Source of the DNA: Marine Group II euryarchaeote MED-G37
GTDB taxonomy: Archaea > Thermoplasmatota > Poseidoniia > Poseidoniales > Thalassarchaeaceae
DNA length: 64,000 nucleotides
Direction of reading: 5' to 3'
NCBI GenBank assembly: GCA_002457555.1
Contig: NTJQ01000003.1
Span: 43,754 to 107,753 of the forward strand
The notes under the pieces are model-generated. The model was not told the DNA's origin and did no database searches. It saw only the letters and a program-made list of their open reading frames with translations. The position numbers were made by a program, and so were the translations under genes. This document shows, piece after piece, positions 31,201 to 40,458 of this stretch; position 1 is the first letter of the stretch, and each line of letters begins with the position of its first letter.

Positions 31201-34200
31201 TGACCTTCAATCAGACATTTCTACATCCTACGCCTTTAGAGAATCAATGAATGTAGTTGGAACTGTTTATTATGATACTAATGCAGCAGTCTCCAATTCT
31301 ACCATCCAAGCAGAAGTTGTTGACTACACGCAGGTAATTTTCCATTGGGAGAATTTCACTACAACCGAAACCACAGATGCCAATGGTGTATTCAATGTCG
31401 TTTTGCCGATTGGTTCCGTTGTTGACGCCGCTGTATTTGGTAATGTCCTGAATGTAGTTAATGGTACACGATTTACTGTCGAAGAGGGTATGGAGAATAT
31501 CACAATGGTTGCACGTCCTGGTTACGATATTAATGGAAACCTAAACCTAAATCGATTAGGGAATTATTACACGTCAAATCTAGACGGTTGGGAGCCTGTT
31601 ACTGTATATGCAACGAATGATCAGGTCGACGCAGTGTGGCATATAGAAGCCACTCAGTTTGGGACGTTTGACACTATTTTGCCTCAAGGTAACTGGACAT
31701 TTACCACAGATCTAGAATGGCTTAATGCAAGTGAAGCAACTCTCTTGGTTGATGGTGAAAATGACACATTAGAGATGTATCTTTACCCTGCACCTTCATT
31801 CCTTGAGATAGATTTCTTCTTGGACAATAGTGGTGACAATAACGTGGCTAATGGAACTCCCGTGGAATACAAATTCTCCGTTGTGCCGCTTGAGAATGAA
31901 GCAGGATTGACGATAGATGTACAAACAGATGGCGAAGAGTGGATTTCACAAGGATTCGCAAGAGTTCCTCTAGAAGCAGGATCATATCGAATAAATGTAG
32001 AACTATCCAACGCTCGCGCTGGAGATATTTTTGGAACTCGAATTATGACTGGTGATGCCTACTTTGAGGTTGGCCTCGACGGTGAGGTAGTTAGCAGAAG
32101 TATTGGCTTTGACCCGGAATGGAAGGTAGATATGACATTCACGAATGAAAGTGGGGGACCACTCGTTGATCAATTAGTTAGATTCATCGATCCGCTAAAC
32201 AGTGGAGAAATTATCACTAGAAAGACCGATATGAATGGTACACTAATTGACCATCTTCCTGATGGAGAATGGATTGTTGTAATCGATTCTTTAGAAACTG
32301 ATGTAGCGGTTATTGAAGGAGTCCGAACAACGATTATCGTTTCAGAACAAACTGCTAACGATGTTCAAACCATCTCAACCAGCGAACTTGCATCATTTAC
32401 CGTTAGGATTTCTGATGTAGGTGGAGTCAATCTGCAAGATATGGAATTACAACTAATTTCTAATGATGGATTAGGAACGGTATATCTTGACAACACCGAT
32501 GGAGTTGGACAAACCTCAGGGATTATCTCTCCGGGTTCATGGAATATTGAACTAAATCAGACTGTGGATAGAACTCGATACGTCATCGATTTAATAGAAT
32601 TGATAGATGGAGGTTTGGTCGCAGGTGAGAATGAATTAATCGATATTCTTGCATCAACACATTATGAATTGTCTGGGACAATTTTCTGGGACCATGATGA
32701 CGACGATGATGCGGACGTTGGAGAGGGTGTACCCGATGTGGAAATTCTGATGACTAGCGAAGGCCGTGATAATATTACTCAAATTACAAATGCCGCTGGT
32801 GATTGGAGTGTGTTTGTTCCTGCAAATACAACTTGGCAAGTCTCGACATACAGAGAAGGATTTGAGCAAGAAATTGAATCTATTGCAATGAATGCTCCTA
32901 ACTCTGTAGAAATAGAACTTACAGCCGGATATGTGAATATTTTTGGAAACGTAACTCACTCAGATTTGTCGAATATTGGCGAGCAAGTAGAATTAATTTT
33001 GATTCCTACATCCGGTATGGTACGTGATCGAATAGTGCCAGAGAAGGTATTAGAAGATGGAGTCTGGGACGGTCAATGGACCGCTTCGGTTGAACCAGGT
33101 CGTTGGATTATTCGGGCAACACTGGAAGAATCTAATCTCGTAGGAATGGCAAGCATCGATGCAGACATTAGTGATGGTGGAAATGTAGACATCAATCTCG
33201 TTTATGGTGGTTGGCTATATCTTTCAACTCAATGGCTGGACTTTAATGGAACTCAGCATCATGCAACGGAAACCGGAATAGAGGGTGCAGAGATTGTCGA
33301 TGACGTGGAATTCATACTGTCCTCAGGAGCTGGAGTTCGATGGGATGCTTTGTTGACTGAAAATGGTGATATATCAATCCTAATGCCAAGTGGAATGATT
33401 GAGGTTGAAGGTGGCTTCTCTGTCGACCAAATGGACCGTGTAATGGAATATACTGCAATCAAGTCAATTAGTGTACCTGGGTCTGGAACGGACCTAACTG
33501 CCTCGGTCACTCAGGACTTATTGTTCGACCGAATCTCTAACCACACAATAAGCGCGACAATAGTGTCTGTGACTGGTGGAGAATTAACCCAAGAAGAGAA
33601 ATTTGATGATATCGAAGCCGTCCTAGGAGATGATGGTCAATACGATTCAGTTGAGTTTACAATGTCTCTTGACTATCTTGGACATGAGACGGTGTCAAGT
33701 TACACCGTATCAGGAAATGTTGCAGGTACCGATGGTCAATTTTGGAACGTTGAAGTATGGGATGAGTCTATTGAAAATTGGACCACACCTTTCACCTTTG
33801 AATTCGGATTAGATAGTAATAATAGCACAACCTATGACTATCTACTGCTTCGAATTACTCCTGCTAATCAATCGACTGCTCAATCACTTACCAATGGTCA
33901 CAACGTAGATATCAAGTTCACTTCATCTGATGGCTATCAGTTCCAACAGGAAGTAATTGTTAGGATTCCTCAATTCCATAATTTCGAATTAAGGGAACCA
34001 TTGTTGGATATTTACGGAATCCGGCCAGGTGAGGAGATGTCTATTCCTCTATTATTCACAAATAGTGGAAATGGTGATGAGAGATTTGAATTTGAATTCG
34101 ATGACGCCCAACTTCCACCAGATTGGCAAAGAACAGGTGCTACATCACATACTATAGGCGCTTTTGTAGATACAACTCATACTATCAAGGTAATTGCACC

Positions 34201-34744
34201 TGAGAATGCAACAGGAAATGAGGATTTCATCATTACAATTTCCGTTACGGACAAGAATAATGGAACTTATCCTCCAATAGTGATTAGAGTGAAGACATCT
34301 CTTCCAGTGCTTGAAATTACCAATGTTTATTCCAATGACGATCCATTATTTGGAACAATCCATACATTTACCGTAGTTGTGGAAAACTCTGGATTGGTGG
34401 ATGCTGAGAAGGTCAATTTGATCGGAACAGTTCGTGGAAAGAATGTAACCTCTAGTGTAACACAAGATGTATTATCAGGAGATACGGTGACCTATCTCAT
34501 CGACATAAATTTGACAGATTTCGATGGCCCATCCCAAGAATGGTTTGACTTTGAAATTGAAAGTGAAGGTCAAGAATTTGGCGAAGAACCCGAAACAGTA
34601 AGCAAGAGATACTCACTTAAGGCTCAAGGAGTGGATGATTCAACACCAACCACGGTTATTGGTATAGTTCTAGCAATAATCCTAGTGTTTGTTGTATGGT
34701 ACTTCACAAGATCCGGTCCCAGAAGACCCGGTGCCCCATTCTGA
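25208..34744 (+). CDS. aglB: Giant oligosaccharyltransferase AglB/STT3 (3178 aa) with extra N-terminal TM domain and long extracellular C-terminal extension
   Basis: GSDPWY, YPSGGINPRPPLF, GLADHD (DxD), TIGEAQ (TIxE), SWWDYG (WWDYG at 28061-28075), TVADNFQ, FFETMVAR. Followed by carboxypeptidase-regulatory-like/Ig/CARDB beta domains and a C-terminal TM. Confidence 0.9.
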   Translation: MSYENGKTGDVGQYNGLVSAPAVLAGLLILLFAATSLADDVMIDVGKLVILPAAAALAAVTGRFWVSALPDDSPINRNSVFVLFFAVVPIALESLGFIDAILATTFAFMAVSTLILVKSSRNEEATILFTMVAGFHVSVAYAASMPELTLSEGDTLKNLLIDVQRAGIAANFFSFYAASLTLGTILAIAFRGYLYDGGNGSLFERLPQKIDFSEHRDLLITAVTLLIVNLIPLCSLASISNAGAFEEHHYLGGVWALVTSIVVMFVAFCRAERWHVLGAIVAVNWLIYTLAHLVERGSSLPEQLEFLAGNDFGGAFSWFFITFWLNVLGIMLASSGRFGDIAPRREPSQFRLWWRDHSYSILVGSAVIVGLLIRTGWNVLPAMNANITGLWDMTGGSDPWYMKRVVDYIVAEHAHFIFDADRAYPSGGINPRPPLFSWCLALGGLALEWLTGITAEEVVWWSVAGLPAIFGALIVLPVAGIANRLHSAQAGIFAAWLMALMPGHISHSTFGLADHDSFALLFLTLAIYFWVRTLGEIGSERVFRNPSSNPLYLVAGIREMWNRNPVMMSYATLAGISFSTVALGWKGFVYGPGILFLAFAFQIILNMFRRRDSLPLTSAALQMMFTTFLIPLPFYIWPGLNLLWAPSGFQPMFYIVGFTIALGWVASSFRDKPWLLVLGSGGVLFGGILSALWVLQTAEYYDGWDILFTGGFYFSKNKIFGTIGEAQAPSRGVLFASFGPIVTLIALGYAFILLWRGAREEKQGLSLVGLWVLIASYMAWTAGRFILNATPAMAVVGAIGIAALWKRADFSGFTKEWRRAGIGTPKARFRSVRTASVKKPMIPALVLVFMLVATQHATYGVDSGIPRGETASGDVDQVIYDITPDVMRFDLGGLSLLDSSSYNPTANCGNGCWYMGTFGPGFNGGGWNMAYEWLSEQDSDEKFGERPAFVSWWDYGFQALDSGEHPTVADNFQSGIPHSGGMLLSSGQEDTLAMFITTLAQGDRKYSGNGQFGEDFTNVIQHHLSAQQIQEFQDILSLGPGQKQSVIDRSLVLIYQNVQEIQDSSFSAGNLKITTDLMHGTVLDENGLPTEPMWFVFKDGKQVGNSTTNETEAKSIFNEARGSSQPYEEETTHYDIGGYRYTADLIESYDDVSTNLHRSNAKLGLARAFLTTALNLDELVELYHDISTQVVYEVQDYGGSLGETIERNNEIRYFAIDDRLYPLGGAYYADQSYHRGQTTGIFYAPTTLSGLDPNHYIESVYETQRGDRPTVFMSAERYEQEYMSDVVKQQSGAMEDSTDMIQLVDIQYQQTESFFETMVARIYVGYGTSSLGLTVDPSQPGPTWAISGTPGSPLENAFPLPGAMMNHFVIANWYDDGSDSPDEDNNSVPDIFDGGYAAIGRANSNVKIVKYYSGATLEGTVELDGIGPVPNARILIERDAFSGEEIADENGTVTDQDSRTYWVPIGTVDADENGDYSFTVPAGKIRVSAFFGEPDIRAARDQLTSGSGGMLQDVATESTIGVRNVNLITGILGNVSGSQWLSETIINVSGEAGHSNGQDMINADITVEPSFSTGRLVWNGMGSFSGEAITDAVVELSPAWDQIQMQPILLETSTGSVNGPDLAFQGIGQVTFTGEGEVISNGLMTVTDFVGTHRQTILSGHSLTGSGEFTGRGTLSGVIDGVDIVDGNCNENGTMPENYSVCSLYDGDFLIEGAINATGRFTSNGTSSFSQEHNGSSLTGAGVFSIDASNEELDTYGTLNGTGTFSGEGEFSGPMVQAGTFHLIDAIPGNYNVAVVFNDGTRIEIIDGFNVPHQGVPSLNQIDVAGGVISGTLTDENGNTLSGSVTMVKLESENDTTVGECSEVMYAPCRLTADANGSFEFGPIVPGEYIFELDMDEDGFNEVELTHEFDADMDSQVNFPTPIPTVFDLRFSLTQVVDGMETSVEYLDNLTLVKSDNSAAPVIAVFDNISGEYLAELPQGQWILSHDLSDSEQLWEQIDLQSDISTSYAFRESMNVVGTVYYDTNAAVSNSTIQAEVVDYTQVIFHWENFTTTETTDANGVFNVVLPIGSVVDAAVFGNVLNVVNGTRFTVEEGMENITMVARPGYDINGNLNLNRLGNYYTSNLDGWEPVTVYATNDQVDAVWHIEATQFGTFDTILPQGNWTFTTDLEWLNASEATLLVDGENDTLEMYLYPAPSFLEIDFFLDNSGDNNVANGTPVEYKFSVVPLENEAGLTIDVQTDGEEWISQGFARVPLEAGSYRINVELSNARAGDIFGTRIMTGDAYFEVGLDGEVVSRSIGFDPEWKVDMTFTNESGGPLVDQLVRFIDPLNSGEIITRKTDMNGTLIDHLPDGEWIVVIDSLETDVAVIEGVRTTIIVSEQTANDVQTISTSELASFTVRISDVGGVNLQDMELQLISNDGLGTVYLDNTDGVGQTSGIISPGSWNIELNQTVDRTRYVIDLIELIDGGLVAGENELIDILASTHYELSGTIFWDHDDDDDADVGEGVPDVEILMTSEGRDNITQITNAAGDWSVFVPANTTWQVSTYREGFEQEIESIAMNAPNSVEIELTAGYVNIFGNVTHSDLSNIGEQVELILIPTSGMVRDRIVPEKVLEDGVWDGQWTASVEPGRWIIRATLEESNLVGMASIDADISDGGNVDINLVYGGWLYLSTQWLDFNGTQHHATETGIEGAEIVDDVEFILSSGAGVRWDALLTENGDISILMPSGMIEVEGGFSVDQMDRVMEYTAIKSISVPGSGTDLTASVTQDLLFDRISNHTISATIVSVTGGELTQEEKFDDIEAVLGDDGQYDSVEFTMSLDYLGHETVSSYTVSGNVAGTDGQFWNVEVWDESIENWTTPFTFEFGLDSNNSTTYDYLLLRITPANQSTAQSLTNGHNVDIKFTSSDGYQFQQEVIVRIPQFHNFELREPLLDIYGIRPGEEMSIPLLFTNSGNGDERFEFEFDDAQLPPDWQRTGATSHTIGAFVDTTHTIKVIAPENATGNEDFIITISVTDKNNGTYPPIVIRVKTSLPVLEITNVYSNDDPLFGTIHTFTVVVENSGLVDAEKVNLIGTVRGKNVTSSVTQDVLSGDTVTYLIDINLTDFDGPSQEWFDFEIESEGQEFGEEPETVSKRYSLKAQGVDDSTPTTVIGIVLAIILVFVVWYFTRSGPRRPGAPF

Positions 34745-34829
34745 TAACCTAGCTAAGCCCCGTTTACAACCTTAGTAGAGACAAGACCTCATAGGTGAAA
34801 ACCATATAGAGAAGATTAGTGATTGGCCA

Positions 34830-36068
34830 ATGACTTTTGAAGATCTCGAGTTAATGCCCGAACCAGAAGATAGTAGGTTGTTGACCGCTGTTGACCCCCA
34901 GGCTCCGGGCTATCCTGGTTCTGAGTACGGATTATCCGATCAAGAAGCCAGAGAGCTACGTTGGCCATTAGGCCCGATGAAGGAGTTTCTATGGCCATGG
35001 GGAGCTGCCAGCTTTGCAATAGGTGCAGTTCTGTTGATAATGACATGGTCGTCTATTCAACCATTATTGGTATCTTATCTCCCAGACTCTGAGTGGGCAT
35101 ATCAGTCTTCAGGGATTAGAGAATTACAAGCTCAGGGTTACTATGGAGATGGAGTTCATGTCTGCATCGTAGATACCGGAATTGATATTGCTCACCCCGA
35201 TTTCGAAAATACTAATTTGGTCGGGTTTCGAGATTTCTACTCAGGAGATCACGATAATATCCGAGACATAGGGGGTGATTATCACGGTACGTTGATGGCT
35301 GGATTGTTAATTGGAAATGGAACTTATGTAGGCGCAGCGCCAAGCGTTTCCCTCTCAGTAGCCTTGGCTCTTGGACCTGAAGGGGAAGCGGGTCAGTCGG
35401 ATAGAGTATCTTTGGCGATTCGCTGGTGTAGGATTTCCCAAGATGTTGATATCATTAGTCTGAGTTTAGGCGGCGATCCAGGGAGTGGAATGAGCAATCT
35501 ACAATCTGAAACTGTCGAGGCGGTAAACGAGGCATTAGATGCTGGAATTTTTGTTATCGCCGCGGCTGGCAATAATGGCCAAAAGGCGAACATCAAAGAT
35601 GTATCAATTCCAGCAAATATTCCTGGAGTTATCGCAGTTGGAGCCTCAACTATAGGTGGCAAGATATGGTCAAATAGTTCGCTAGGCTCCAATATAGACC
35701 CGTACTTCAATGAAGAAAGGCAATTTCCTAATCAGAAGCCAGAAGTTACTGCTCCCGGTGTCAGAATGTTTTCTACAGCATCAACAGAGATCACACCTGC
35801 TTATGCCTATTCTACAGGGACTTCTGACTCAACGGTTATCGTTGTAGGTGCCCTTGCTTTGCTTCTTCAAATTCATGGCACTGAAATGCGAGGAGAAGAC
35901 GGCAAATTCGACTCAGGAGAAATGAATCTGGTGAAGAGTGCTCTTGCGAACTCATCCCTAAAATCGCAAGATATGGGTGCAATTCATTCAAACAAATCAG
36001 GCTACGGTGAATTGAATGCAGAGACATGGTTAGAAGAGATTAGGATTGAGTTTAATCTAACAAAATAA
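34830..36068 (+). CDS. Membrane-anchored S8 (subtilisin-like) serine peptidase
   Basis: Triad motifs IVDTG, YHGTLMAG, TGTS. Also IISLSLG, AAAGN oxyanion motif, KPEVTAPG. One TM near aa 55-80. Confidence 0.88.
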   Translation: MTFEDLELMPEPEDSRLLTAVDPQAPGYPGSEYGLSDQEARELRWPLGPMKEFLWPWGAASFAIGAVLLIMTWSSIQPLLVSYLPDSEWAYQSSGIRELQAQGYYGDGVHVCIVDTGIDIAHPDFENTNLVGFRDFYSGDHDNIRDIGGDYHGTLMAGLLIGNGTYVGAAPSVSLSVALALGPEGEAGQSDRVSLAIRWCRISQDVDIISLSLGGDPGSGMSNLQSETVEAVNEALDAGIFVIAAAGNNGQKANIKDVSIPANIPGVIAVGASTIGGKIWSNSSLGSNIDPYFNEERQFPNQKPEVTAPGVRMFSTASTEITPAYAYSTGTSDSTVIVVGALALLLQIHGTEMRGEDGKFDSGEMNLVKSALANSSLKSQDMGAIHSNKSGYGELNAETWLEEIRIEFNLTK

Positions 36069-36095
36069 CTTTCATTTTTCCTATATTTCTCCAGC

Positions 36096-36110
36096 CGAGC
36101 CTACGGCTCG
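36096..36110. repeat. GC-rich perfect palindrome
   Basis: CGAGCC-TAC-GGCTCG. Confidence 0.7.
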
Positions 36111-36152
36111 ATGAAACCCTATGATTAAATCACTTTGAGATTCCCCAATATC

Positions 36153-39100
36153 ATGACGAGTGCCCGAGCAAGAAGCCAGTTCCTAGTATTTCTAATGCTT
36201 ACAAGCACAATGTTAGCTATGGTTGGCCCTGCGCTTCCAGTCTCCGCCGACAATGAAACTACCAGTGGTACGATTACTGGAATCGAGAGATGGAGTGGAA
36301 CACACCAACTCACAGGCGATGTTACAATCGCCGCTGGTGCGAAACTGATAATCGACCCTGGAACTGATATCTCATTTCCAAATGGTACAATGCTAGATGT
36401 CCGTGGTAATCTATGTGCAGGAGTTGCATCTTGCGGTTCTAATGGCAATGCGGCCTCAGGTAACCCAATAACTCTCACATGGGCAGAACCAGCGATTTCG
36501 AATGCAACCGGAGAATGTTACGGATTAGGTAGTGGGAGTTCGCAAATATGGATTGAGGACCCCTCCTGTGGAGAAGGGGTAATTCTTCGCGATACAATGG
36601 ACCTATCACAATCGGGAATGAAGAGTATGTATTTTGAAGGCGCATGGGGTGTCCCATTCTATGTTCAATTGGAATATGAATATCGATATGGCGTATTGAT
36701 TCTTGACGGAGCAAGCCCTACTCTGCGAGATATGAGATTCGAGGATATCAATACTTCCAGTGTACTCGCAGCGAATTTAGCCCAGCCAACTTTCATCGGC
36801 GGTGAATATGTTGCTGGCAATGATGAAGAGAGCGGCGTCACAGGTCAGGCAGTGCAGATTTATGGCGGAGGAACACCAATTTCACCTATGATATTTCAGG
36901 ATGCTACTTTCCAATCAACAAACAAGGGTTGTGGGAATAGGGATGGAGGTAGGTCCGCTATTTGGGCCTCTCAGACATTTATTCAAGTTCAAAACTCAGA
37001 TTTCGCCGGTGGTGATTTTGGGATTAGTATCAGGAATTCTGCCGGAAAGGTGACTGATTCCACCATTACAGTGACTTGCAATGGTATTGATGTCAACAGC
37101 CTGAAGGCAATTGGAAATACCGAATATGACGTTGAAATAGCAAATAATATAATCACAACTACTCAACGAACTCCAATTACCGCCTACTCTGGAGCCGACG
37201 TTCGAATTCACAATAACGAACTTGCCGGAGCCGGAGAAGGTTCAGGAATAGCAGTATATTCATCAAAGGCTGAAATACACAATAACAACATTGGACCTAT
37301 TGGTGGTTTTAATGGACTATGGCTATTGGGGAGTTTTGATGTAATTGCTGAAAATAATTCAATTTCAGAAACCGCACAGGAACCGATTCTTGCAGGAGAA
37401 TATGGAACTCAAGCACCTTCTCCTACACCCGCAAGACTTTACTTGGCTAACAATTCAATCTCTACTCAAGGTAGTGGAGAATGCTCATCGCAAAAGTGGT
37501 GGGGCGGTTCTTTCACTTGCCCTGCTATAATGGCCCATAGATCTGGAGCCACAATTGTAGACAATGAGATTAATGCTGGTGGGACTGCTGATGGAATTAG
37601 GGCGACTGGAGCTTTACTTGATGTCCAAAGAAATGTATTCAATGTGCAAGGAACCGGTGCTATATTGCAACATTATGATAGTGGTTTTGCAGATTCCCAA
37701 CAATATGGAACACTGGCATTCTTTAGCAATAATGAATGGAATGGTGTTAGCGTAACCTACAATGTTTCTAAATCTTCGGTTACGGTTCAATCAGAATACA
37801 TCCCAAGCCCTCCACCAGATGAACATCCTGTTTTACTTAGGTGGGCAGATCAAGAAGCTTGGGTACAGAATGGTTGGCAAAACGGAGTCATACCACACGA
37901 AGTTAGGGCTTGTGACACCTGTGATGATTTCACTCCTTACAATTTCCCTCTAGCGATAAATATGGATAATAATTCCACAGTGTTTACCTTCTCTAACCTT
38001 TCAAACTTGGATTTATCCAAGGTGAAAATCGATACCCAACCGACAAAATATGCAGTTCAGGTACAAAGAGCCGAACTGGTAAGATTCCAAACCCTAGTTA
38101 ACGGCCAACGTGTAGAAAACGCAAACGTATTGATTGAGGACGCGCTTGGGAATGACCTTTACAGCCTTGAAACAGACTCAGATGGCTATACACCATGGTT
38201 CTCTCTTGCTTCTAATTTCCACCTTGATTTCAGAGGTTTAGCTGGAGGAGATAACCCCGATGGCTTTGCTGACGATGAATTCGAAGATTCCTGTTCAGAT
38301 GGTGAGGACAATGACGGTGATTTACTGCTTGATACAGATGATCCAGACTGTGATTACTCTGCAGGAACTAGAGAATTATCCCTCTATAGATATACTGCAT
38401 ATAAATTTGGATATGGTATAGATAGTGGGGAGTTTACTCTTTCAGATACCACGTACCAAGACACTCTGTTTTTACATAACGACCCACCCAGGGTTTCTGT
38501 GATTCAAAATGATGGTGAATCTTTCAGAAGAGTGGTCAATATGACAGGTTCTGCATATGACGGCACATGGGCAGGGATTTACGAAACAGACGAGTTAGCC
38601 CAATGGGATCAGAAAGGTTTTGTCCATGCTGTAGAAATCAAAGACCCATTTACAAGTGATTGGGCTGCAGCTGGATACGCTACAGATTCTAGTGGAGCGG
38701 AACCAGGTTACGTATCAAGAAATAATCATCCATTCAGTAGTTGGTACTACGAGTATGACATGTCAGGTAGGCAGGAAGGTGACTATACATTCGAATTTAG
38801 GGCATTTGATGGTCTAGAGTATTCTCCTATTCTAACTCGGACAATAAAGGTCAACACAGAGGCTCCAACTATCTCCGTAACTTCCCCGAGCGCTCAATCG
38901 ACTCACTCAGATGGTACTGTGACATTCGAAGGAACTGCTCATGACCCGTACGGGTGTCCTATTGATTGTGGAACTGATATTGACCAGATATATTTCCAAA
39001 TAGAAGGCCCGAACTACAACGTAATTACTTCGACAGAAGGTGGTACAGAGTGGTCCTGGACTTGGGATTTTAGCGGCCTTCCACGCGAATTAGCCACATA

Positions 39101-40391
39101 CACATTTACTATTTGGGCATCAGATTCTGATTTCTGTAAGGGAGACATTGATGAGTGTCAAGCCGTAGTTATAGATATTCAAATTGATAACCAAAATTCT
39201 CGCCCATTTGTAAGCCTAACCTCACCTCAAAGCGGACAGATATATGCTGTTGATGAGAAATCGATTATCAGCGGAGTTGCTAGAGATAATGATGGAGATA
39301 TTACCCGTGTTGATGTGGAGGTCTTCGACGTCTCAAATGGATTTATCAATGTCTTCACAGGTGCTGTCACGGAAATTGAATCAAATGGTTATTGGGAGAT
39401 GGAATGGGATTCAAGAATATTAACTCACAACATGCAGTATCTAATCAAAGCAAGATCCTATGATGGCTATGAGTACAGCGATTGGATGGAAGTTCAGGTC
39501 GTCGCAGATAACCCGCCAGACGCAGACAATAATAGACCCACATTTGACGCAACAAATTGGCAAACGGAGATCACTCTATTTTGCGAATTCGATACAACTT
39601 CACAAAACCCTTGCACAAAGGCAGAGATTGATTTACTAGAGTTCTTTGATGATGTAGATGGTATAAATTCCCTAATTCTATCTGTGTACGACGATGAAGC
39701 AAGATCATCTGATGATGAGTTTGGATTAGTGATTAACATAGATATCGACGGAGTTGCATTTTATGACCCTAAGGCGATGGGATTCTACAATGAGGACATG
39801 GATACATGGTCGTTGAGTAATGTGATATTCGTAGCCACTGATCCCTTTGGTTCAAAGGAGATTTCTACACCAGTATCTTTCAATGTAGTTCCAATAGAAT
39901 TCTATGTTGGCCCGCCAGATCAAACCACTGCAAGCGAAGATGAATTAATCATCTTCAGTGGTTCTGGATTACCTGGAAAGACAGTTAGAGTAACATTGGG
40001 CGGTATTCAAGTCAATTCTACCGTAGTACATGATGATTCAACATGGGAACTTGGCATCCTTGGAGGCATGCTAAGTAAGCCAGTAATACCGGTATTTTCT
40101 ATTAGTGGTTCAGAATCCATTCAGGGGCAAGAGATATCCCCACCATCCAGTGATGGAGGAATCAGTAATGTGATGATTATTGCCATTGTTGTAGTTGTTA
40201 TCGCATTATTGGCAGGCACACTTTTCTTCAGTGGAGTAGTAACCTTCGAGGAAGATGAAGAAGAATTCGATGAATCAGAAGGAGTCGATGAAAAGGGAGA
40301 ACATCTAGTAAAAAGCGATGATCACCCTGGTTGGCTTTGGGACGCTGAAAAAGAAGAATGGGTGCCAGATTCCGACCATATTAGTGAGTGA
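36153..40391 (+). CDS. Large surface protein: right-handed parallel beta-helix + Ig-like (Big) domains, C-terminal TM
   Basis: Signal peptide. NosD-like repeats (IHNNNIGP, AENNSIS, IVDNEIN). Ca-type CSDGEDNDGD..DDPDC motif. Big-like NTEAPTISVTSP/NSRPFVSLTSP units, TM and acidic tail. ATG 36153 has ATTAAA at -29. Confidence 0.8.
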   Translation: MTSARARSQFLVFLMLTSTMLAMVGPALPVSADNETTSGTITGIERWSGTHQLTGDVTIAAGAKLIIDPGTDISFPNGTMLDVRGNLCAGVASCGSNGNAASGNPITLTWAEPAISNATGECYGLGSGSSQIWIEDPSCGEGVILRDTMDLSQSGMKSMYFEGAWGVPFYVQLEYEYRYGVLILDGASPTLRDMRFEDINTSSVLAANLAQPTFIGGEYVAGNDEESGVTGQAVQIYGGGTPISPMIFQDATFQSTNKGCGNRDGGRSAIWASQTFIQVQNSDFAGGDFGISIRNSAGKVTDSTITVTCNGIDVNSLKAIGNTEYDVEIANNIITTTQRTPITAYSGADVRIHNNELAGAGEGSGIAVYSSKAEIHNNNIGPIGGFNGLWLLGSFDVIAENNSISETAQEPILAGEYGTQAPSPTPARLYLANNSISTQGSGECSSQKWWGGSFTCPAIMAHRSGATIVDNEINAGGTADGIRATGALLDVQRNVFNVQGTGAILQHYDSGFADSQQYGTLAFFSNNEWNGVSVTYNVSKSSVTVQSEYIPSPPPDEHPVLLRWADQEAWVQNGWQNGVIPHEVRACDTCDDFTPYNFPLAINMDNNSTVFTFSNLSNLDLSKVKIDTQPTKYAVQVQRAELVRFQTLVNGQRVENANVLIEDALGNDLYSLETDSDGYTPWFSLASNFHLDFRGLAGGDNPDGFADDEFEDSCSDGEDNDGDLLLDTDDPDCDYSAGTRELSLYRYTAYKFGYGIDSGEFTLSDTTYQDTLFLHNDPPRVSVIQNDGESFRRVVNMTGSAYDGTWAGIYETDELAQWDQKGFVHAVEIKDPFTSDWAAAGYATDSSGAEPGYVSRNNHPFSSWYYEYDMSGRQEGDYTFEFRAFDGLEYSPILTRTIKVNTEAPTISVTSPSAQSTHSDGTVTFEGTAHDPYGCPIDCGTDIDQIYFQIEGPNYNVITSTEGGTEWSWTWDFSGLPRELATYTFTIWASDSDFCKGDIDECQAVVIDIQIDNQNSRPFVSLTSPQSGQIYAVDEKSIISGVARDNDGDITRVDVEVFDVSNGFINVFTGAVTEIESNGYWEMEWDSRILTHNMQYLIKARSYDGYEYSDWMEVQVVADNPPDADNNRPTFDATNWQTEITLFCEFDTTSQNPCTKAEIDLLEFFDDVDGINSLILSVYDDEARSSDDEFGLVINIDIDGVAFYDPKAMGFYNEDMDTWSLSNVIFVATDPFGSKEISTPVSFNVVPIEFYVGPPDQTTASEDELIIFSGSGLPGKTVRVTLGGIQVNSTVVHDDSTWELGILGGMLSKPVIPVFSISGSESIQGQEISPPSSDGGISNVMIIAIVVVVIALLAGTLFFSGVVTFEEDEEEFDESEGVDEKGEHLVKSDDHPGWLWDAEKEEWVPDSDHISE

Positions 40392-40458
40392 TGCAATAAA
40401 GCCCAGCATACGGTTAATTTCTTGAGTAATTGAAATCGCACGTAGCATAATGGCGTCC

